From: Syntrophales bacterium
GTDB taxonomy: Bacteria; Desulfobacterota; Syntrophia; Syntrophales; PHBD01
Direction: 5' to 3'
NCBI GenBank assembly: GCA_963668175.1
Contig: OY764159.1
Span: forward strand, 2,080,001-2,144,000
DNA: 64,000 bases
In this document: in pieces, positions 1 through 8,482 of the stretch
How positions within the stretch are numbered: position 1 is the stretch's first letter
Layout: each line of letters begins with the position of its first letter
Program-made: the position numbers and the translations under genes
The notes under the pieces: model-generated
Told to the model about the DNA's origin: nothing
Databases searched by the model: none
What the model saw: the letters and a program-made list of their open reading frames with translations, nothing else

Positions 1-113
1 CCCTCAAGGTTCTTCCCGATAAATACTAAAGAATTAATAATCGGGTACTCAAAATTTTTGTCCAAAAAATGCAATTGGAAATATGGTTTGCCATAAATGA
101 AATGCTTATTCAT
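1..113 (-). CDS. Putative immunity protein of orphan Rhs cassette 6 (runs off the window start)
   Basis: ATG at 113 preceded by AAAGGAG; reads MNKHFIYGKPYFQLHFLDKNFEYPII with no stop before base 1; AT-rich, directly downstream of an Rhs-CT. Confidence 0.6.
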   Translation of the reverse strand, partial: MNKHFIYGKPYFQLHFLDKNFEYPIINSLVFIGKNLE

Positions 114-154
114 ATATGCTCCTTTGCTTTTTCGGAGACTGGATTATCCTATAA

Positions 155-835
155 TCAAGGTACGAATACGGGACCCCTTGAAGGTGATCCGACCCCTTCA
201 CCTTGTCCACCGAATGAACCGCCTGGCACGAGGGGCGGAAACAATCTCCACCATGATTTATCTTCATTATTTGTTTTAGGACAATCATCATCTCCGCATT
301 CACAATTAATGGTCTTGTCGAAATCAAGTCTTTCAAGCACGGTTCCATTCTTCTCTTTAACTCGTCTGATCTTTTTTGTCCTCTGAACTTGACACGCCAA
401 TACGCCCTTGTTCCCGCAACGTAATTTACAGACGTCCCAGTCTGGCTTCTTGCATGGTTCGTAAGTTGTGTTCTGGTTTTGTTTCGCGAATCCATTTGGA
501 TCTACAGAATTAATCGGATCATTTTGGACGTAAGTAGAGAGATTCACATCCCCACCTGCAAACCCGATGGGGTCTTTCGTCACGAATCGTCCAGCCTGGG
601 GATCGTAGTAACGGGCGCGGTAGAAATACATGGACGTCTCGGCGTCGTATTCCCGGCCGGTGAACATAAAGGGTTGGCTGACATTACCGGAGCCGGAAAC
701 CGTGACATTCCCGAAGGCATCGTAGCCGTATGTCTGCACCATCGTTCCTGTTGCATCGCTCAATCCCGTAATCGATCCCAGCCCGTCGGCATGGTAGTAA
801 TAGGGCGTATATCCCGCCCCGCTCTTCGCCTCCAC
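155..835 (-). CDS. Orphan Rhs core + C-terminal toxin cassette 6 (Cys-rich CT); probably has no true start
   Basis: Near-identical to the core end of the full rhs (YYHADGLGS...FTGREYD...RARYYDP..GRF..KDPIG); PINSVDPNG cleavage motif; unique CT follows. Confidence 0.85.
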   Translation of the reverse strand: MEAKSGAGYTPYYYHADGLGSITGLSDATGTMVQTYGYDAFGNVTVSGSGNVSQPFMFTGREYDAETSMYFYRARYYDPQAGRFVTKDPIGFAGGDVNLSTYVQNDPINSVDPNGFAKQNQNTTYEPCKKPDWDVCKLRCGNKGVLACQVQRTKKIRRVKEKNGTVLERLDFDKTINCECGDDDCPKTNNEDKSWWRLFPPLVPGGSFGGQGEGVGSPSRGPVFVP

Positions 836-859
836 CGCCAGCGGTTCGTCGATGTCATA

Positions 860-945
860 TTTTCAAAGAACGGTTAGCTATCCGTAATTAAGTATACTGT
901 CCCCCGAATTATCTGTCCCCCGAATTATCCTAGTTTTCAAAGAAC
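860..945 (-). promoter_or_regulatory. Two copies of boxA-like motif GTTCTTTGAAAA (860-871, 934-945) upstream of cassette 6
   Basis: Same 12-mer also at 2420, 3863, 5070, 6318 and 7754, always in the coding orientation; resembles rrn boxA. Confidence 0.55.
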
Positions 946-1030
946 TTTCAATTACATTTATCTCAATTAAGTACCGCGTCCCCGACCAGGGGACGGGTCC
1001 CCCGAATGGGGATGCTGTCCCCGGAATTAT
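885..1030. repeat. Inter-cassette REP-like repeat (AATTAAGTA..CTGTCCCC.GAATT) with hairpin modules
   Basis: Related copies at about 2451-2536, 5101-5147, 7785-7851, and inverted at 52162-52204. Confidence 0.75.
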
Positions 1031-1171
1031 TCTGATGCAAAAAGCAGGGGAATAGAGTCCATCAAAGCAATGCCCCTGTGGCTTAGTCTCATTAGCATCA
1101 TCCTATCCTTCCGGTGTGTAGGGTGCTTATCTATCAATTCGGTACCCTCAGATTTATGGAATAAAAGGTCA

Positions 1172-1612
1172 TTAATCCTTGACTATTTCATACTTTCCAT
1201 TTACATCAGAAGGCCTCATTCCGTCAGGATAGGACACCCAGTAGAGATTAAGGTAAATATGTTTTCGATCTGTATCAACCCATGCATAACCAATATCCCA
1301 AATAGGTGTTTTACAGGATATCTTGTCAGGACTGTAAAAAAAGCCTTTTTGGTCACGGTAAGACCAATTCTCTCCTTTGCCGGTTAAGTTGATCGTATAA
1401 CGGCTATTTTCTTTTTTTAAAAAACCGTCAGCTGTGAATAAAGTCGTCTTATTAACTTCTATTTCCATAGTATATCCACCATCAGGATTTGTGCTGACTT
1501 TATAATTTATATCTTTAGCGGAACAATTTTCTACAATAATAAAATTTAAAAACAGAATTGATGCACTCAACAAAGGTATATATTTCATAATTCTCGTTTT
1601 CTTGTTTGACAT
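1172..1612 (-). CDS. Putative exported immunity protein (cassette 5)
   Basis: GGAGG RBS and ATG at 1612 right after the CT stop; N-terminal signal/TM segment; AT-rich. Confidence 0.75.
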   Translation of the reverse strand: MSNKKTRIMKYIPLLSASILFLNFIIVENCSAKDINYKVSTNPDGGYTMEIEVNKTTLFTADGFLKKENSRYTINLTGKGENWSYRDQKGFFYSPDKISCKTPIWDIGYAWVDTDRKHIYLNLYWVSYPDGMRPSDVNGKYEIVKD

Positions 1613-1616
1613 GTAA

Positions 1617-2396
1617 TTACCTCCCCGGACATGAACACTTTTCATGCCATCTATTCAACCATATTTTCGTCCATTCTTCTGCTCTACGCCATGCAGCATC
1701 ATCATTATCTGTGCTAAAGCCATCAAAAAAATGTCCAAAACCTAAGTTTTTCCAATACCGAAAAGGCATCCAACGATATCCTTTGGCAAAGTGCACAAAA
1801 TAATCTTGTCCACGATGCATAGCCCTTTGAAAATCATTACTGCTACAATTTGCGATTGCAGCTGATACATGTGCTTCTGACAAAGATAAATCGCGAAAAT
1901 GTCTTTCCGGATTACCAAATATTGTCGGCCCCGTTACGGGGTCTGTATCTTCAAGATAGTAGTCAAAAATATTAGAGCCTGAAAAATCCCTATGCCCTTT
2001 ATAGGCAGAACCTGGACCGCCTTTGTCAAATAACCCCAATGGATCATTTCCGTTTACGGGATCATTTGATACATAAGCATACTTGTTAATACCGCCTGCA
2101 AACCCTATCGGGTCCCTGGTCACGAATCGTCCTGCCTGGGGATCGTAGTATCTCGCCCGGCCCCCTATGCAGGGGGCGCAGTAGAAGTACATCTGTGTTT
2201 CCGCGTCGTACTCCCGGCCGGTGAACATGAACGGCTGGGCGACATTTCCGGAGCCGGAAACGGTGACATTTCCGAAGGCGTCGTAGCCGTATGTCTGCAC
2301 CATCGTTCCCGTCGCATCGCTCAATCCCGTGATCGAACCCAGGCCGTCGGCATGGTAGTAATAGGGCGTGAAACTGCTCCCCGCCTTGACTTCCAC
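1617..2396 (-). CDS. Orphan Rhs cassette 5; CT with HxxQDxxxH motif (Zn phospholipase C / Het-C-like)
   Basis: Rhs core, PVNGNDPLG motif, CT contains MHRGQDYFVH plus extra His residues. Confidence 0.8.
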   Translation of the reverse strand: MEVKAGSSFTPYYYHADGLGSITGLSDATGTMVQTYGYDAFGNVTVSGSGNVAQPFMFTGREYDAETQMYFYCAPCIGGRARYYDPQAGRFVTRDPIGFAGGINKYAYVSNDPVNGNDPLGLFDKGGPGSAYKGHRDFSGSNIFDYYLEDTDPVTGPTIFGNPERHFRDLSLSEAHVSAAIANCSSNDFQRAMHRGQDYFVHFAKGYRWMPFRYWKNLGFGHFFDGFSTDNDDAAWRRAEEWTKIWLNRWHEKCSCPGR

Positions 2397-2450
2397 CGCC
2401 AGCGGCTCGTCGATTTATGTTTTCAAAGAACTTTAAATTGCATCTATCTC

Positions 2451-2536
2451 AATGAAGTACCGCGTCCCCTGACCAGGGGACGGGTCCCCCGAATGGGGGA
2501 TGCTATTCCCGGAGTTATTGTTTCCCCCGAATTATT
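2451..2536. repeat. Inter-cassette REP-like repeat with two hairpin modules
   Basis: aagtac-cgcgtcccctgaccaggggac-gggtcccccgaatggggga-tgctattcccggagtt; matches the 965 and 7785 copies. Confidence 0.75.
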
Positions 2537-2577
2537 TGAAGATGTCGAAAATATTTGCATCCAGGAAATATTATACA

Positions 2578-3090
2578 TCACTGTTCAGTCGTTACGTTAA
2601 TCGTACTTTGTACGTTAATTTCTAATTCTTGGATTTTTTGCATCGCATAACTATCACACCACTGTTCTTCCGCTTTCGACGAAGATCCGATTAATTTATT
2701 ATTTGAATAGTGTTCAGAATAAACTACATGTCCAATCTCGTGAAATAACAAGAATATAGCATAACGTTTTGCATCAGCTAATTTCCATTTTATCAATCTA
2801 GTTTTTTTGTCGACAATACCCGAGAAGCGCTGGATTTGGTTTATATATTCTTTTTCATCTGTAAGAATCAAACTACTATAATTCTTTAGGCAGAAATTAA
2901 TTCGTATGTCATAATAATTTCCCTTTTGAACAGTCCGTCCTTCTTGAGTTGTTCTTGTATTGCAGCCAAATTCAATTAGTCGTATTTTATTTATATCTTC
3001 AATTGAAACGACGTTCTTAACTTTTGCCGCTTCACTTTTCGATAATGGATATAAATATTCGGCGGACACTTTATTGTATATGATTTTCAT
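2578..3090 (-). CDS. Putative immunity protein with HExxH zincin motif (cassette 4)
   Basis: LLFHEIGH followed by EEQWCDSYA (ImmA/IrrE-like pattern); downstream of the CT; AT-rich. Confidence 0.75.
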   Translation of the reverse strand: MKIIYNKVSAEYLYPLSKSEAAKVKNVVSIEDINKIRLIEFGCNTRTTQEGRTVQKGNYYDIRINFCLKNYSSLILTDEKEYINQIQRFSGIVDKKTRLIKWKLADAKRYAIFLLFHEIGHVVYSEHYSNNKLIGSSSKAEEQWCDSYAMQKIQELEINVQSTINVTTEQ

Positions 3091-3121
3091 GTTATTCCCG
3101 TTATGTGCATGATTTAGCTAC

Positions 3122-3838
3122 TTATCTTCTGCGCGGCCCTTTAGGTCCTTTCGGTACCCTATTATGTTCTTCACCGTCAGGATGCCCAACATTTCGTTCC
3201 CTTTCTCCACATTGTTTTCGTTCATCTGCTCCTTTACGCTTATTGGGATTTTCAGGTTTTGTATATTTATCCCTTCGGCTTTCCATCGGGGCATTGATCA
3301 AATCATATAATCCTTCACCAATGCCGCCTTCATAGAGTTGATGAGAAAGCCAATCTAAAATACCTACAGCATCATTACCGGCCTGTCGATATGCTTCATC
3401 TAATTGTTTGCTCTGCGGTGTTGGAAGTACAATTGGTAACGGTATAGGACCCGGTAATGCAATTGTCTGTAGACCCTCAGGATCATAATAATTCACAGGA
3501 TCATTTAGGACAAACGAAAATAGATTTACATCACCTGCCTCGAACCCGATGGGGTCTTTCGTCACGAATCGTCCCACAACGGGGTCATAGTAGCGGGCGC
3601 GGCCCCCTATGCAGGGGGCGCAGTAAAAATACATCCCGGTTTCCGCGTCGTACTCACGCCCTGTGAACATAAAGGGCTGGGCGACATTGCCGGAGCCGGA
3701 AACCGTGACATTCCCGAAGGCATCGTAGCCGTATGTCTGCACCATCGTTCCCGTCGCATCGCTCAATCCCGTGATCGAACCCAATCCGTCGGCGTGGTAG
3801 TAATAGGGCGTGAAACTGTTCCCCGCCTTCGCTTCCAC
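3122..3838 (-). CDS. Orphan Rhs cassette 4; basic CT ending HPDGEEHNRVPKG (possible nuclease)
   Basis: Rhs core, PVNYYDPEGL motif, unique basic CT. Confidence 0.8.
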   Translation of the reverse strand: MEAKAGNSFTPYYYHADGLGSITGLSDATGTMVQTYGYDAFGNVTVSGSGNVAQPFMFTGREYDAETGMYFYCAPCIGGRARYYDPVVGRFVTKDPIGFEAGDVNLFSFVLNDPVNYYDPEGLQTIALPGPIPLPIVLPTPQSKQLDEAYRQAGNDAVGILDWLSHQLYEGGIGEGLYDLINAPMESRRDKYTKPENPNKRKGADERKQCGERERNVGHPDGEEHNRVPKGPKGPRRR

Positions 3839-3903
3839 CGCCAGCGGTTCGTCGATGTTCGATTGTCAAAGAACTATCAGTTTAGGAGAAGAGAAAATCA
3901 ACA

Positions 3904-4395
3904 TTATCGCGCATCAGCGATCTTTGCATCACGGAGGATACCTTCTTTTGATCGCTGCTTTCCCATGAGATAAACAGAAAATCCATCCCTTACATTTTCA
4001 CAGTCTTTAATCGCATCAGAATAATAGCCCGCCTGATAATTCGCTTCTGCACGATAGAAGAACGAACTTTCTGTATAGTAATGATCGCTTATATCCTTTT
4101 CAATTCTAATTACTTCAGTAAAATCTTTGATCGCATCATCAATATTTCCAGATATTAAATTCCAACGACCTCTCGAGAAATAATCATCAGGTTCTATTGG
4201 TCCTATATTAATTATGGTATTGATATCTTCTATTGCGTCATTCCAACGTTCCATTCGGGCTAATATAAATGATCTTTGTTTATAGCCATCCCGTTCATTA
4301 GGATGATTCAAAATAAAATCATTACATATTTTGAGACCTTTTTCATAGAGACCAGCTTTTGCATATTGATATGCATTTTGGAGATTATCTTTCAT
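3904..4395 (-). CDS. TPR-repeat protein, putative immunity (cassette 3)
   Basis: GAGGTG RBS and ATG at 4395; TPR-like patterns (YFSRG...DAIKDF; FYRAEA...DAIKDC). Confidence 0.8.
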   Translation of the reverse strand: MKDNLQNAYQYAKAGLYEKGLKICNDFILNHPNERDGYKQRSFILARMERWNDAIEDINTIINIGPIEPDDYFSRGRWNLISGNIDDAIKDFTEVIRIEKDISDHYYTESSFFYRAEANYQAGYYSDAIKDCENVRDGFSVYLMGKQRSKEGILRDAKIADAR

Positions 4396-4409
4396 TGCGC
4401 ACCTCAAGA

Positions 4410-5045
4410 CTATGGATACCACTCAACTGGATTTCCACCACATCTTTGACTAACATGTCCACGAGCACAATCATGTATATTTCCGTATCCTCCGGTAATA
4501 CCCCTGCTGGGATTAGGCTTATTCAATTCTTTTCTGCACAATTCATAAGCATCTTCCCACTCTTTATCACAATCGTCTTTGCTATCTTCACATTTGGCCG
4601 TCTTAAATAATGGCTTGGGAGGATTCTTTATCAGTTGCGAGATCGCCAATATAACTGGCGGTCCATATACAACTGCCCATTGAATAATTTGAGTATAAAG
4701 ACCTTCTGGATCGTTATATCGAATGGAATTATTTTTAACATAAGTAAACAGATTAAAATCCCCGCCTGCGAACCCAATCGGGTCTTTCGTCAAGAATCGT
4801 CCTGCCTGGGGGTCGTAGTAACGGGCGCGGTAGAAATACATGGACGTCTCGGCGTCGTATTCCCGGCCGGTGAACATAAAGGGTTGGCTGACATTACCGG
4901 AGCCGGAAACCGTGACATTCCCGAAGGCATCGTAGCCGTATGTCTGCACCATCGTACCTGTCGCATCGCTCAATCCCGTAATCGATCCCAGGCCGTCGGC
5001 GTGGTAGTAATAGGGCGTATATCCTGCCCCGCTCTTCGCCTCCAC
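4410..5045 (-). CDS. Orphan Rhs cassette 3; small Cys-containing CT
   Basis: Rhs core, YNDPEGL motif. Confidence 0.8.
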   Translation of the reverse strand: MEAKSGAGYTPYYYHADGLGSITGLSDATGTMVQTYGYDAFGNVTVSGSGNVSQPFMFTGREYDAETSMYFYRARYYDPQAGRFLTKDPIGFAGGDFNLFTYVKNNSIRYNDPEGLYTQIIQWAVVYGPPVILAISQLIKNPPKPLFKTAKCEDSKDDCDKEWEDAYELCRKELNKPNPSRGITGGYGNIHDCARGHVSQRCGGNPVEWYP

Positions 5046-5167
5046 CGCCAGCGGTTCATCGATGTTAGATTTTCAAAGAACTTTAAATTACGTTTTTCTC
5101 AATTAATTACCGGGTCCCCTGACTAGGGGATGCTGTTCCCGAAATTACATAGACCCAAAAAATAAAA

Positions 5168-5509
5168 CTAATTACAGACTGTTTGTTTGCCGTCTCTCAT
5201 TAATTTATATTTTCCTTCAAGTACAAAACCGCTGCGTCCATCGGGTAAGCGTATTTCGATGATCATGTAGCTTTTCACATCTACGCATTTTGTAACTGGC
5301 ACACTTTGACTAGAAGACAGCGTTGCCATCGCATCAGGATGAGGCCATGTCATTGCCTCCTTTTCAGTTGCATAGACAGCCACTATATCTTCTGCAGTTA
5401 ATGTCATTCCGTTGGTCGACAGAATACGATGGATCGAAAAAGCTATCCCGAGTATGAGTAGAATCACTATAATTATGCTGATCAGCATCTTTTTTTTCAA
5501 TGTGCCCAT
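5168..5509 (-). CDS. Putative membrane-anchored immunity protein (cassette 2)
   Basis: N-terminal TM helix; overlaps the CT stop (alternative TTG start at 5500). Confidence 0.7.
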   Translation of the reverse strand: MGTLKKKMLISIIIVILLILGIAFSIHRILSTNGMTLTAEDIVAVYATEKEAMTWPHPDAMATLSSSQSVPVTKCVDVKSYMIIEIRLPDGRSGFVLEGKYKLMRDGKQTVCN

Positions 5510-6294
5510 GGCGCGTCTCTCCAATAATCGCGTGACGGACCTTGATAGAATTTTAATCTGTCAAGGTATATCGAGTTAAGTAAATCGTTGCCGATATTGA
5601 CTGGAAAATTTGAATCCGAGAAAGTCATTCCCGTGGCCTCTTTCAAGCATTCTTTATGCGGATCTCCACAGTTATTGGTAAATGTATTGTAATCCTTGCG
5701 TTTCTTTGCATAACATTCAATCAGTTTCTTTTCTTGATCAGGTGTAAGCCTAAGAATCGTACCAACACCGGAACGAAACTTCTCTTGGTTCTGAGCGTAG
5801 CTTGAAGCACTCGGATTACTATCCCATCCTCCTGGAGCCCAAGAGTAGTTTATTCCATTTACATTGGCTGATATATGACCAAATGAAGAACTACCCCATG
5901 TAACCGGCTGCCAGACAATTATTTCTGTATAGAATCCAAAGGAATCAACATAATTGACTGTGTTGTTTCCCACATACCCATACAAATTAAAATCCCCGCC
6001 CTCAAACCCGATGGGGTCTTTCGTCACGAATCGTCCTGCCTGGGGATCGTAGTATCTCGCCCGGCCCCCTATGCAGGGGGCGCAGTAGAAATACATGAAC
6101 GTTTCCGCGTCGTACTCACGGCCGGTGAACATGAAGGGCTGCGAGACGACGCCACTGGCCGTGACTTGGCCAAAGGCATCATAGCCGTATGTCTGGACCA
6201 TCGTTCCCGTTGCATCGCTCAATCCCGTGATCGATCCCAGGCCGTCGGCATGGTAGTAGTAGGGCGTATATCCCGCCCCGCTCTTGACCTCCAC
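5497..6294 (-). CDS. Orphan Rhs cassette 2; CT of permuted papain-like (DUF4105-like) type
   Basis: Rhs core; CT has FGHIS...YNTFTNNC (His before Cys). Confidence 0.8.
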   Translation of the reverse strand: MEVKSGAGYTPYYYHADGLGSITGLSDATGTMVQTYGYDAFGQVTASGVVSQPFMFTGREYDAETFMYFYCAPCIGGRARYYDPQAGRFVTKDPIGFEGGDFNLYGYVGNNTVNYVDSFGFYTEIIVWQPVTWGSSSFGHISANVNGINYSWAPGGWDSNPSASSYAQNQEKFRSGVGTILRLTPDQEKKLIECYAKKRKDYNTFTNNCGDPHKECLKEATGMTFSDSNFPVNIGNDLLNSIYLDRLKFYQGPSRDYWRDAPWAH

Positions 6295-6360
6295 CGCCAG
6301 CGCCTCGTCGATTTATGTTTTCAAAGAACGGTTAGTTAACTTGGTTTGACCCGTTGAGCG

Positions 6361-6951
6361 TCAAATATAATCAAAAAAGAAATCATTAACTGATAGCAAG
6401 ATGTTTGAGCCACACACCACAAGCGGAGAATGTGGAGCATGCTCAGGTATTAAATCATCGAATAATTGAGCCATTTTCTCGGCACTTCGAATATCTTCAA
6501 TTAATCCATAACTGTTTAATATTAAATGATTGTCTTCAATTAGATTTTCCTTAGAAAAGCGCAAGCTAAATCCGTAAATCGCACTTGTCTGCGTCATAGG
6601 ATCAACTACATCAAACCCGACAAAATCCCAGCCCTCTCGCATGTCAATCTCCGGGAGAGGTTGTGGCCTTGAGACATTACCTCTTAACAGGCGTACAACT
6701 AAATCGGTCGGCAGATCGAATGCAATAATGCGGGCTCCTAAAGGAAATTCCAATGATGAGATACTCGATGGATCAACAAAAAAAAGGTTGATCCCAGATC
6801 GATACTCTCGAGAATTCTCATAGATATTCTCATAGCGCACATCATTGTCATATGAAGTCATAAATAAGTTCTTCAGAGATGAGCTCTTTCGAATGTCAAA
6901 TCCAATAACGGTTCTTTCTGCTGCACAGAGTTTATCGGTTTTTTCTATCAT
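6361..6951 (-). CDS. Putative immunity protein (cassette 1), possible frameshift near the 3' end
   Basis: Starts 1 nt after the CT stop; AT-rich; apparent 2-nt duplication at about 6431-6434. Confidence 0.7.
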   Translation of the reverse strand: MIEKTDKLCAAERTVIGFDIRKSSSLKNLFMTSYDNDVRYENIYENSREYRSGINLFFVDPSSISSLEFPLGARIIAFDLPTDLVVRLLRGNVSRPQPLPEIDMREGWDFVGFDVVDPMTQTSAIYGFSLRFSKENLIEDNHLILNSYGLIEDIRSAEKMAQLFDDLIPEHAPHSPLVVCGSNILLSVNDFFFDYI

Positions 6952-6952
6952 C

Positions 6953-7729
6953 TCATCTGCTCCTACGGCCTTGAAAATCTGGGTAACTCGAACAGGGTTT
7001 CATGCCTGCCAGTGGTTCTTCCATAACACCAATACCAACCTTCCCACCAAGATATTGCCACTCACATTTCCCGGAAACCTTGAACATTTGGTAGATGTGA
7101 TAATGATTATTTAACGTTCCGTGACCATGTGTAGTGTGGGGTCCTTCGTAACACTTTGTTCCTACAGGTGGTTTGCAGTCTTGATCACTATTGCATTTCT
7201 TAGATGCAGTATCTTGTATCGAGTCAATCCAATTCTTGATATTTTCCCTTGGTCGACTAAAAAATTCTGTGAAGTCCTGCCATTGTTTCGGCGATAACTT
7301 TATTACGGGTATACCCCAAGATATGGGACCAAATCCTACTCGACTTCCTTCTGCGGAATCTAACCCGTCAGGGTCTATCAAGTTAACAGGCGAGTTCTCA
7401 ACATAAGCATAGAGATTAACATCCCCGCCTGCGAACCCGATGGGGTCTTTCGTCACGAATCGTCCAGCCTGGGGGTCGTAGTAACGGGCGCGGCCCCCTA
7501 TGCAGGGGGCGCAGTAAAAATACATCTGTGTTTCGGAATCGTACTCCCGGCCGGTGAACATGAACGGCTGGCTGACATTTCCGGAGCCGGAAACCGCGAC
7601 ATTCCCAAAGGCGTCGTAGCCGTATGTCTGCACCATCGTTCCCGTCGCATCGCTCAATCCCGTGATCGAACCCAGGCCGTCGGCATGGTAGTAATAGGGC
7701 GTATATCCCGCCCCGCTCTTCACTTCCAC
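6953..7729 (-). CDS. Orphan Rhs cassette 1; His/Cys-rich CT
   Basis: Rhs core, PVNLIDPDGL motif; CT contains HTTHGH...HYH. Confidence 0.8.
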   Translation of the reverse strand: MEVKSGAGYTPYYYHADGLGSITGLSDATGTMVQTYGYDAFGNVAVSGSGNVSQPFMFTGREYDSETQMYFYCAPCIGGRARYYDPQAGRFVTKDPIGFAGGDVNLYAYVENSPVNLIDPDGLDSAEGSRVGFGPISWGIPVIKLSPKQWQDFTEFFSRPRENIKNWIDSIQDTASKKCNSDQDCKPPVGTKCYEGPHTTHGHGTLNNHYHIYQMFKVSGKCEWQYLGGKVGIGVMEEPLAGMKPCSSYPDFQGRRSR

Positions 7730-7784
7730 CGCCAGCGGCTCGTCGATGTTCGATTGTCAAAGAACTATCAATTACATCTATCTC

Positions 7785-7851
7785 AATGAAGTACCGCGTC
7801 CCCTGACCAGGGGACGGGTTCCCCGAATGGGGGATGCTGTCCCCGGAATTC
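7785..7851. repeat. Inter-cassette REP-like repeat with two hairpin modules
   Basis: Near-identical to 965-1030 and 2451-2536. Confidence 0.75.
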
Positions 7852-7882
7852 TTGTCCTGCTTTCTTCAAGAAGTGGTCTATT

Positions 7883-8482
7883 TTAATTTGATTTTCTTCC
7901 AATATTTAGAATTATCTTTTTTAATAGTATTGCGCATGCAATAATAAAAATAGATTGAAACACCGCCAGCGCAGACATACTAAACCAAATACTCATCACT
8001 CCTTGAATTGCATAAGGGAACAAATTTACAAAGTATTCCCTTATTATACTGGAGATATCTATTAATACAGTTGGAGCAAGATTGACGAACATATTTGATG
8101 GAACAATTACAGGGAAATAGGTTACATAAACTACAATATCAGCGCCGTTTGATCTCTCCCAGTGAGACATGCCCATTGAAAACGACAGGAAGAATAATAA
8201 CGCAGAAATATCAATAGCGAACCAGATAACCATTAATTTATAAAGTCGTTTCCGGCTGATATAAAGAACAGTAGAAATTATCCAAACAAACCATACAAAC
8301 GGTATATATAAGACCAGCCAAGCGAAAAGAGTCTTCTCCGTACCAGCAAAAAAGAAGCTTATAAAAGGCGCGAGAATAGCGATAATGGTAATAACGATCA
8401 GGAAATTCATGAAAGCATCTTCAATACTAAAACGGCGGAGTGAGTAAAATCTATCTTTTATAATAGTACTAAGCCATTTCAT
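7883..8482 (-). CDS. Multi-pass membrane immunity protein of the full-length Rhs
   Basis: ATGA overlap with the rhs stop at 8479-8482; about 5 hydrophobic segments; AT-rich. Confidence 0.8.
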   Translation of the reverse strand: MKWLSTIIKDRFYSLRRFSIEDAFMNFLIVITIIAILAPFISFFFAGTEKTLFAWLVLYIPFVWFVWIISTVLYISRKRLYKLMVIWFAIDISALLFFLSFSMGMSHWERSNGADIVVYVTYFPVIVPSNMFVNLAPTVLIDISSIIREYFVNLFPYAIQGVMSIWFSMSALAVFQSIFIIACAILLKKIILNIGRKSN

